DNA of 32,000 nucleotides, taken from NCBI RefSeq assembly GCF_000022265.1, contig NC_011979.1:4050001-4082000 (forward strand), written 5' to 3'. Positions 19,215 through 25,521 of this stretch are shown piece by piece. Source of the DNA: Geotalea daltonii FRC-32 (GTDB lineage Bacteria > Desulfobacterota > Desulfuromonadia > Geobacterales > Geobacteraceae). Both the position numbers and the translations under genes were made by a program. Numbering within the stretch: the stretch's first letter is position 1; each line of letters starts with the position of its first letter. Under the pieces are notes generated by a model that was not told the DNA's origin, did no database searches, and worked only from the letters and a program-made list of their open reading frames with translations.

Positions 19215-19937
19215 TTAGAGTTCTTTCGCTGCTATTCCATAACGACGGCAGATGGCATCGATGAGTTCGTCAAGTTGCCATTCACGCCGCCAATGCTGGT
19301 TCGCCCTTGTCAGCGCTTTATCTGCGAAACAATCATCACCAAGAATCCGTCCCTCGCATGTGCCACTATGGAATTCATTTCTTCTTCCCTCGGCAATGCC
19401 ATCTAAAAGAAACTGCCGATAATGCTGGATGGCCGCGTTGATTTCCCCCGAGAACAGGGCAAGTACCCATTCGGTCGTCAGCCACGGGAGCATCTCCTTG
19501 CCGAGATACGCATTATGACCGCTCCAGCGGTAGCCTTCAGGACATTCTGTCATTCCGGCCCGCACGGGGTTGAGATGGACATAACGGACGAGTTCGAGCA
19601 GGTAAGCGTCAGCATCCAACATGATTGCCTTGTAGCGTCCCTGGAAGAGATGCCCGGTGCGCCGGCGGGTGTAATTGATCCATCTGGTGTATTTAAGCGA
19701 CAGACTCTGCATGATACGCGAGAGGGGAATCTCTTCCACCTGCAAAATCAGATGGACATGGTTAGTCATACAGCAAAATCCGTGAATCCGGCAATGAAAT
19801 CGTTCTATTACTTCCTGCATGTGCAGATAGAAACGAAATCGGTCACGATCCTTGAAAAAGAGTGGTTCGCCGGCATTGCCACGCAGAATGACGTGGTAGA
19901 CAGCGCCGGGGTAATGTATGCGAGGTTTACGGGCCAT
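19215..19937 (-). CDS. HUH Y1 (REP-associated tyrosine / IS200-like) transposase, catalytic part, ending at a premature in-frame TAA
   Basis: The product starts MARKPRIHYPGAVYHVILRG. The HUH motif is TNHVHLIL and the catalytic Tyr context is GHLFQGRYKA. It aligns along its length with the 322 aa copy at 29789-30757. Confidence 0.75.
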   Translation of the reverse strand: MARKPRIHYPGAVYHVILRGNAGEPLFFKDRDRFRFYLHMQEVIERFHCRIHGFCCMTNHVHLILQVEEIPLSRIMQSLSLKYTRWINYTRRRTGHLFQGRYKAIMLDADAYLLELVRYVHLNPVRAGMTECPEGYRWSGHNAYLGKEMLPWLTTEWVLALFSGEINAAIQHYRQFLLDGIAEGRRNEFHSGTCEGRILGDDCFADKALTRANQHWRREWQLDELIDAICRRYGIAAKEL

Positions 19938-19972
19938 AAAGAAACAATATATCAAAATGTCCGAATGTCAAG

Positions 19973-20047
19973 CCTGACACCTACGGTTGGCCCTGACACC
20001 TACGGTTGGCCCTGACACCTACGGTTGGCCTGACACCTACGGTTGGC
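19973..20047. repeat. Tandem repeat array at the right flank of RAYT element 1 (4 copies)
   Basis: The array is 3 x CCTGACACCTACGGTTGGC (19 nt) plus one 18-nt copy. The CCTGACACC core is the outer 9 bp of the terminal repeat. The 10-nt spacer (TACGGTTGGC) differs from the spacer of the left array. Confidence 0.85.
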
Positions 20048-20369
20048 CGCAGAGTATGGACTTGTAGCGGTTCTGGAACAGATGGCCGCAGCGCTGATAT
20101 TTGCGATTAAAGTAAACGGCATAACCGGTCAGCAGACGGCGCATGGTTTCAGCAAGAGAAACTCTGGTCGGCATGAGAAGCAGATGTAAATGGTTTGACA
20201 TGAGCGCCCAAGCATAACACTTGGTGGCGCTTTTCGTGAGCAGGGCAGAAAGGCTTGCCACAAAACGTTCCTTGTCAGCATCTTCAGCGAAAATGTCACG
20301 GCGTTCGATCCCGCGAACAATGACGTGATGGAGGACGTCGGGTATGTCAAGACGTGGTTGGCGTGGCAT
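20048..20369 (-). pseudogene. RAYT copy 2, only the N-terminal ~107 codons (3'-truncated at the tandem array)
   Basis: The track ORF 20037-20369 gives MPRQPRLDIPDVLHHVIVRG...RYKSILC, identical to residues 1-107 of the 322 aa protein at 29789-30757. It then runs into array sequence (GQP, stop). Confidence 0.85.
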
Positions 20370-20404
20370 GAGCGCAAGCTAACATAAGTATTGCTCAGTG
20401 ACAA

Positions 20405-20443
20405 TAGTTAATTAGCAAGCAACGTCCCCCTAGCTCCCCCTAG
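20405..20443. repeat. Right terminal repeat of RAYT copy 2 plus a GTCCCC-box doublet
   Basis: TAGTTAATTAGCAAGCAACGTCCC (identical to 30793-30816) is followed by CCTAGCTCCCCCTAG. The box sequence is directly fused to Rhs-derived sequence at 20444. Confidence 0.7.
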
Positions 20444-20815
20444 AAGTAATCGATGCGGTTGCCCTGGGGAAAGATGATGTGGTCGATCTTGCTGATCGTC
20501 CCGCCGCAACTGGCACAGCCGACGGTGGTGTAGCCATACTCGGTGACTGCGGTGTCGCCGGGGGTCTTGATGGTGAGGACCCTGCCGACATTGTCGTAGG
20601 TGTAGGTTGTGGTATTGCCGTTGGGGTCGGTTATTCGGAGCAGCGCCGGGGCAGAAAGCTCCTCCACCTTCAAAAGTGGGTTTCGTGAGATCAATATTTC
20701 CATAAAAGTCCAATAAAGTGATTGGGTTAGACTCAACATAAATAAAGAGATTTACCCCTCCCATAAGCCCAATCGGGTCAGCTTGGATGTCCCCGTAGAG
20801 ATTTACGTCCCCGCC
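20440..20815 (-). pseudogene. Rhs scars: a core-end remnant joined out of frame to a ~200-bp YD-repeat fragment
   Basis: Frame A reads ...DPIGLMGGVNLFIYVESNPITLLDFYG (the Rhs core-end motif). Frame B reads ITDPNGNTTTYTYDNVGRVLTIKTPGDTAVTEYGYTTVGCASCGGTISKIDHIIFPQGNRIDYF, a near-copy of the large Rhs at about 27660-27860. There is no usable start, and the two frames differ. Confidence 0.7.
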
Positions 20816-20816
20816 C
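20787..20816. repeat. GTCCCC-box doublet (REP-like) directly after the CPBP stop codon
   Basis: ATGTCCCCGTAGAGATTTACGTCCCCGCCC. It has the same box and orientation as the copies at 20421, 24867, 25007 and 30809. Confidence 0.55.
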
Positions 20817-21467
20817 TTAAACCCAATTGGGGCCTTTTGTATGTAGGTATGTGATTAAAAACCACATGCAATTGTTGAAAATATGTGCTGCGATACTGCT
20901 CTTTATAGATTTCGATTTTTCAAAAGTGTAGGTATATACTATTCCCTGCAATGCGATATTACCTAAATTTGAATCTAGTGCATGAAATGCAACGAAAATG
21001 CTGTTTGAAATTATGAACGCAACACCTATTCCAAACTCATTTCTACTTATACTATACAAATAGTACCTAAATATAATTTCTTCTACCACTGGCGCAATAA
21101 TGCAACTAACCAACAAAAAAACAATTAGGCCAAACGTTGTATATTTCCTAAGATATGACAAATCATAACCAAAGCCAATCCAGTAATAGTTGATTGCATA
21201 CAGCACTATAAAAAATAATATAGCAGTAATTGCGTATTTGAACGATATTGGTTTGATTATAGTTTCTTTAAAACGTGTAGTATCTCTTTTATATATATAA
21301 AATATTACCGGTAAATATACCAAGATAACAGTAGATGAGTTATCAATATAGCCATTTGGAATCGACAACGTTAACAAAAAATAAACTACGAAGGACAGAA
21401 TTAGAATGACAATTATTCGTATAATTTCTGCCAAACTATTTGATTTTGTATACTTTGACATTTTCAT
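20817..21467 (-). CDS. CPBP family (CAAX protease / Abi) intramembrane metalloprotease in the immunity-gene position
   Basis: A 216 aa polytopic membrane protein with all three CPBP motifs: EEIIFR (EExxxR), FVAFH (FxxxH) and HIFNN (HxxxN). Its ATG overlaps the upstream Rhs stop as ATGA (21467-21464). It is strongly AT-rich compared with its neighbours. Confidence 0.85.
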   Translation of the reverse strand: MKMSKYTKSNSLAEIIRIIVILILSFVVYFLLTLSIPNGYIDNSSTVILVYLPVIFYIYKRDTTRFKETIIKPISFKYAITAILFFIVLYAINYYWIGFGYDLSYLRKYTTFGLIVFLLVSCIIAPVVEEIIFRYYLYSISRNEFGIGVAFIISNSIFVAFHALDSNLGNIALQGIVYTYTFEKSKSIKSSIAAHIFNNCMWFLITYLHTKGPNWV

Positions 21468-23623
21468 TGTAACATTTGCGGTTTTAATGGGTTTGGTGAC
21501 ATTGGGCTGTTGTATGGCGCTGGAGCCAAAGGGTTATATCCTTCCACAGGAGGAGAGGGCTTTTCCTTTTCTCGGCAAGCATTATCCTTCAGGTAATTGG
21601 AAACCTTTGCTGCTGTATCCAATGTTTTTCCTGGTTTAACTGTTGCGACCTTATATGCCGTAGCTTGGAGTGCTGGGAGGTATTGCAAGGTCGCCATAAG
21701 TCCTTCAGGATCAATAAAGTTAATAGGATTATTTTGAACGTAAGCGTATAGGTTTATCCCCCCTCTGAACCCGATGGGGTCCTTTTGGATATACCTCCCT
21801 ATACTCGGATTATAATCCCTGAAGTAATTGTAGTTCAGCCCTGATTCTTGGTCTGCATACTGGCCCGGAAACCTAAGGTTCAGAGTTCCTGCTCCCGTTA
21901 TTGCTGCGCTGTCCCCAAACGGCCTGCCTTCAATCTCCCATACCTTCGCTCCGCTTGCATCGGACATAATCAGTGGAGTGCCAAGATGGTCAGTATGGAT
22001 GTAGTTTGTGCCTGTTGCATTGATCTTCGCAACAGGCTCCCCGTTCAGATACACATACTCCGTCAATCCATCACTGGCATTTTCCACCAGCAGGCTGCCT
22101 GCCCGATCATAAATAAAATGGATTGTCGTGCCAACTGTTGTTTTCTTTACTCGTTCTCCACTGGCATTATAGACATAATCTCCTGTCTGAGTTGCCGCGG
22201 CTCGTATTAACCTCTGATTCTGGTTATAGGTGTAAGTGGTGGCATTATCAGCAATGCTGTTGCCGTTGGCATCGTAGTTGAGGCTGTTTGTGTTTGCGTC
22301 CGTTATGCCTGTTAGCCTATTGCTGCCGGGTTGATAGTTGTAGCTCGTCGTGGCGGTTCCATCCACCTGCGTTAAGCGATTCCCTACTCCGTCATATGTC
22401 CATGAAAGATTGCCCCAAGGCCCTGCTGCTGTTTTCAGCCTGTTTAGTGCATCGTAACTGTAGGTCTTGTTTTTGTTGTTGTCGAGGGTGTTGGTGATGC
22501 TGGTGATGTTGCTGTTGGCGTCAAAGCCGTATGTGAGGCTCTGCAAGGTTGCCGTAGCGATGCTCACAATCCTGTACTGGTTGTCGTAGCCGATAGTTCT
22601 GATGATGCCGTTACCATAGGTGACACTTGCGACCCCACCAAAGGGCTTGTAGGTGATGTTGCCGGCAAGGCTTGTGGTTACACCGCCAATGGTGCTGGTT
22701 ATACTGCTTACCAGGTCATTGGTGTAATTGTAGGTTATCACCCTGCCGCTCGGGTAGGTGATGGTTCTGGTGTTGCCGTTCATGTCGTAGGTGTACTGGG
22801 TGATGTAGGTAATGCCGTCTATGGTCTGGGTCTCTTTGGCGATCTGACCTTTTTTGGTGTATTCGTAGGTGGTGCTGCCGCTTTGATCGGTTACTACGCA
22901 CAGCCTCCCCTTGCCGTTTGGACAAGTGTCGTAGGTATAGGTGATGTCGGTATCTGTCGGATAGTCTGTTTTTGTAAGCCTGTTGGCTGCATCGTATTGG
23001 TAACCGATCGTCACGCCTTTTGCGTCGGTCCTGGTCCTGAGGTTGCCGGCAGGGTCGTAGGTGTAGGTGGTGGTGCCGGTATCGGGGGAGATGGTCTGGT
23101 AGAGCCTCCCTTTGTCGTCGTATTTGTAGACGGTGCTGTTGGTGTTGCCGTCGGTTACGGTGGTCAGGTTGTTGTTCGAGTTGTAATTGAAGGCGGTGGT
23201 GACAGTGCCCGGTTGAATGGTTGTGGTGAGCCGGCTCAGGGCATCGTATTGACTGGTGGTGATGTTTTGTTTCGGGTCTTTAAAGCTGGTCTGGTTGCCG
23301 AGGTTGTCGTAGGTGTACTGGCTGAAGGTGTTGTCTGGGTAGATGGTTTTTGTCATACGACTGAGGGCATCGTACTGGTAGCTGATGGTCTTTTGCAGGG
23401 TACCCGACGGATCTTTGGTCTCTTCCTTGAGTTGATTTCCTTCGCTGTCGTAGGTGTAGTTAATGCTGTTCCCCTGGTTGTCGGCAATTTTACTCAGGTT
23501 GCCCATATTGTCATAGAAGTAATCGATGCGGTTGCCCTGGGGGAAGATGATATGGTCGATCTTGCTGATCGTTCCGCCGCAACTGGCACAGCCGACGGTG
23601 GTGTAGCCATACTCGGTAGGCAA
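21464..23623 (-). CDS. 5'-truncated orphan Rhs/YD-repeat protein with the RHS core end and a 77-aa C-terminal tip
   Basis: It contains YD repeats (YxYDxxGN/R), the core end YIHTDHLGTP...DPIGFRGGINLYAYVQNNPINFIDPEGL, and then the tip MATLQYLPALQ...NPLKPQMLQ. There is no ATG; the track 'M' is a TTG. The sequence upstream is an out-of-frame junction. Confidence 0.8.
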   Translation of the reverse strand: MPTEYGYTTVGCASCGGTISKIDHIIFPQGNRIDYFYDNMGNLSKIADNQGNSINYTYDSEGNQLKEETKDPSGTLQKTISYQYDALSRMTKTIYPDNTFSQYTYDNLGNQTSFKDPKQNITTSQYDALSRLTTTIQPGTVTTAFNYNSNNNLTTVTDGNTNSTVYKYDDKGRLYQTISPDTGTTTYTYDPAGNLRTRTDAKGVTIGYQYDAANRLTKTDYPTDTDITYTYDTCPNGKGRLCVVTDQSGSTTYEYTKKGQIAKETQTIDGITYITQYTYDMNGNTRTITYPSGRVITYNYTNDLVSSITSTIGGVTTSLAGNITYKPFGGVASVTYGNGIIRTIGYDNQYRIVSIATATLQSLTYGFDANSNITSITNTLDNNKNKTYSYDALNRLKTAAGPWGNLSWTYDGVGNRLTQVDGTATTSYNYQPGSNRLTGITDANTNSLNYDANGNSIADNATTYTYNQNQRLIRAAATQTGDYVYNASGERVKKTTVGTTIHFIYDRAGSLLVENASDGLTEYVYLNGEPVAKINATGTNYIHTDHLGTPLIMSDASGAKVWEIEGRPFGDSAAITGAGTLNLRFPGQYADQESGLNYNYFRDYNPSIGRYIQKDPIGFRGGINLYAYVQNNPINFIDPEGLMATLQYLPALQATAYKVATVKPGKTLDTAAKVSNYLKDNACREKEKPSPPVEGYNPLAPAPYNSPMSPNPLKPQMLQ

Positions 23624-23653
23624 CGGTTCGTCCCAAATTGTCGGATATGCCAG

Positions 23654-24109
23654 TCAGTGTTTAAAGATCAGATTATTAATAGAATCTTCAAAGCCCTTGA
23701 AATCCTCTGCATTGCCTGTGAACAATATTGTCGTGCTTTCTTTTGGAATTGAAATGTGAAGCAGCATCAAACTGGACGATTTCATTATTGTTGAAAGCAT
23801 TAAAATTTCTCGGCCTTGTTTTTCAACAATTTTTTCCTCTTTTATAGTTTCGTTTTCCTCGATGAATTTTTTATATTTTGTAAAAAATTCTGACTTTGGC
23901 ACAACCCTTTTATTAAAAAAAATGTTTGTGCCATTGGTTGGCAATTTAAGTACTAACAAACTGTTATCTTTATCATTCTTACTATTGTTAAAGGCCACTT
24001 TCATTACGATATTGTTATAAGAAATGATCTTATTATAATGATTAAAAGCCACTGAAGCTATTAAAACAATTACAATAGTTGCTGCAATAATTTGAATTTT
24101 TTTGCCCAT
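23654..24109 (-). CDS. Putative immunity protein (N-terminal membrane anchor, AT-rich)
   Basis: A 151 aa ORF that starts 10 nt after the stop of the Rhs tip at 24120. It has one N-terminal hydrophobic helix (IIAATIVIVLIASVAF). I do not recognise a family. The call rests on position and composition. Confidence 0.55.
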   Translation of the reverse strand: MGKKIQIIAATIVIVLIASVAFNHYNKIISYNNIVMKVAFNNSKNDKDNSLLVLKLPTNGTNIFFNKRVVPKSEFFTKYKKFIEENETIKEEKIVEKQGREILMLSTIMKSSSLMLLHISIPKESTTILFTGNAEDFKGFEDSINNLIFKH

Positions 24110-24119
24110 GAAGCGCCCC

Positions 24120-24674
24120 CTATTTACGGTACTTGCCTGTTACTGGCCCAGTTATGCTTGTGTTTGTAGGTGAGTTTCTTATTATATCCATTGTCTCTGG
24201 ATGCATTATTAGTTCTATTTCTTTCGCTGCCCAATCATGAATGATAGCTTCTTCAATCTTGCCTTTATCAAAAGCTTCCTCTCTTTTCCGTAATTGATAT
24301 TGCAAAATGTCTCTTGTATCTTGGGATTGCATATATGACCTCATAAACTTCAACAATCCTGTGGGATCAAGATCTAAACAATCTAACAAACCTAATGAAT
24401 CCACCTTATTTATCGGATTATTTTGGACATACGAATATAGGTTTATCCCTCCGGCTATACCTATTGGATCTTTTTGGATGTAGCGCCCAACGCTCGGATT
24501 GTAATCCCTGAAATAGTTGTAATGGTTCCCTGTCTCTGTATCAAAGTACTGGCCCGGAAACCTAAGGTTCAGCATTCCCGCTCCAGTTATTGCCGCATTG
24601 TCGCCAAATGGTCTGGCCTCAATCGCCCATACCTTGGCACCGCTTGCATCCGTCATCATCTGCGGTGTGCCCAA
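24120..24674 (-). CDS. Orphan Rhs core-end fragment with an 88-aa C-terminal tip
   Basis: The sequence ...HLGTPQMMTDASGAKVW...DPIGIAGGINLYSYVQNNPIN is nucleotide-identical to 25874-26188. It then reads KVDSLGL plus a unique tail, LDCLDLDPTG...GKYRK. There is no ATG; the track start is the TTG of HLG. Confidence 0.7.
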   Translation of the reverse strand: MGTPQMMTDASGAKVWAIEARPFGDNAAITGAGMLNLRFPGQYFDTETGNHYNYFRDYNPSVGRYIQKDPIGIAGGINLYSYVQNNPINKVDSLGLLDCLDLDPTGLLKFMRSYMQSQDTRDILQYQLRKREEAFDKGKIEEAIIHDWAAKEIELIMHPETMDIIRNSPTNTSITGPVTGKYRK

Positions 24675-24726
24675 ATGATCGGTGTGAATGTAGCTTGTGC
24701 CTGTTGCATCTATCTTCGCAACAGGC

Positions 24727-24840
24727 CCAGGGCATCGTAATTGTCGTAGGTGGTGGTGCCAATGAGAGGCTCAGTTTTTGTCAGCATGTTGCCATTGGCG
24801 TCGTAGGTGAAGGTGGTGACATCCTGCGTCGGTGGCACCC
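24727..24840 (-). pseudogene. Short YD-repeat fragment fused out of frame to the orphan core end
   Basis: It translates as ...PTQDVTTFTYDANGNMLTKTEPLIGTTTYDNYDALG, homologous to ...DVEDVTTFTYDPVTSNRLTMTEPLIGTTTYANYDGLG of the large Rhs. It hits a stop just after the junction at 24726/24727. Confidence 0.6.
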
Positions 24841-24866
24841 GAAATGTTGGCTAATGCAATAAAGCA

Positions 24867-24908
24867 GGAACGTCCCCTTAGATTTTCGGAACGTCCCCTT
24901 AGATTTTC
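24867..24908. repeat. Perfect 2 x 21-nt tandem GTCCCC-box repeat (solo RAYT-end-like REP)
   Basis: GGAACGTCCCCTTAGATTTTC occurs twice. The preceding AAAGCAGGAACGTCCCCTTAG resembles the RAYT 2/3 right end, TAGCAAGCAACGTCCCCCTAG. Confidence 0.75.
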
Positions 24909-25098
24909 GTTACCAAAATGATGGGATAGGTGCGTCCAGAATCAGACAGCATCGCTAAATATTCGATTTAAAAGAGCAATATTTTCAGTTGACAGAGAGA
25001 CTATAGAATGTCCCCGCAGGTTTCTCCCGAAGTCTTGTTAAATCACGGCTTCACGGCGTTTTTGCCGGTGCGGTTTGTGAAAAATGTAAACGCTACCC

Positions 25099-25461
25099 CT
25101 ATGGGTTACCTCTAAATTTCCTTGTAATCCCTACTGAGGCCAAATACTTCTCATAAATATCTATTGCTTTTGAATCGCCATCAAACAAATCTTCATAAAA
25201 TCCAGGCTCGCTGAATTCAGGTGGATCTATATAATATTCATCAGCTTCATATTCTTTTCGAATCCATGATTGTGGAATTGATGAATCGATAATCTCAAAA
25301 AGATACTTAGGGTATAAAATTGGATCACCAACTTGATCAACTATTCTGAAACAATCATGATCAATTCCAATAACATCATAAGTTTCGTTTGGCTTAATGT
25401 TCTTATTGTCAAATTGATCTAATATATGGTTATGTACTTCTTGTTTTGCTTTGACTTTCAT
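25099..25461 (-). CDS. Putative cytoplasmic immunity protein (acidic, about 120 aa)
   Basis: It lies downstream of the large Rhs tip. The start was set at MKVKAKQE because AGGAG lies 11 nt upstream; the track ORF starts at 25512. It is AT-rich with no TM segment. I cannot assign a family. Confidence 0.55.
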   Translation of the reverse strand: MKVKAKQEVHNHILDQFDNKNIKPNETYDVIGIDHDCFRIVDQVGDPILYPKYLFEIIDSSIPQSWIRKEYEADEYYIDPPEFSEPGFYEDLFDGDSKAIDIYEKYLASVGITRKFRGNP

Positions 25462-25521
25462 AAAAATATATTCTCCTATGAAAAATAAAGACGCAAGGCA
25501 TAATAATAGCATACCATTTGT

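Larger units (their letters stand above)
18983..19981 (-). mobile_element. RAYT / IS200-like Y1 transposase element 1, bounded by 26-bp terminal inverted repeats
   Basis: The left end, GGTGTCAGGCTTGACTTTCGGACATT (18983-19008), matches the right end, AATGTCCGAATGTCAAGCCTGACACC (19956-19981), at 25 of 26 positions in inverted orientation. The element encloses the transposase reading frame. Confidence 0.7.

Noticed and set aside
19973-20047. The 19-nt repeat units with a constant core looked superficially like a mini CRISPR array.
   Set aside because: The 'spacers' are identical in every unit (TACGGTTGGC). The units are only 19 nt and directly abut a transposase terminal repeat. No cas genes are present. 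It is a simple tandem repeat.
20129-20404. An identical 91-aa ORF occurs at 20129-20404 and 30517-30792.
   Set aside because: It is an alternative frame of the duplicated RAYT 5' region. The RAYT frame carries the HUH and Tyr motifs, so the identity only reflects the DNA duplication.
22883-23752. Long plus-strand ORFs lie antisense to the Rhs genes: 22883-23752, 25936-26556, 27418-28068 and 28135-28671.
   Set aside because: Their products are low-complexity G/V/A-rich strings (VVGVGGGAGIGGDGLV...). These arise from the reverse complement of repeated YD codons, and they overlap well-supported minus-strand genes completely.
24832-24850. TGGCAC at about 24832, considered as a sigma54 -24 element.
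   Set aside because: No TTGC-type -12 element follows at the required 5-nt spacing, and the site lies inside an Rhs-derived fragment.
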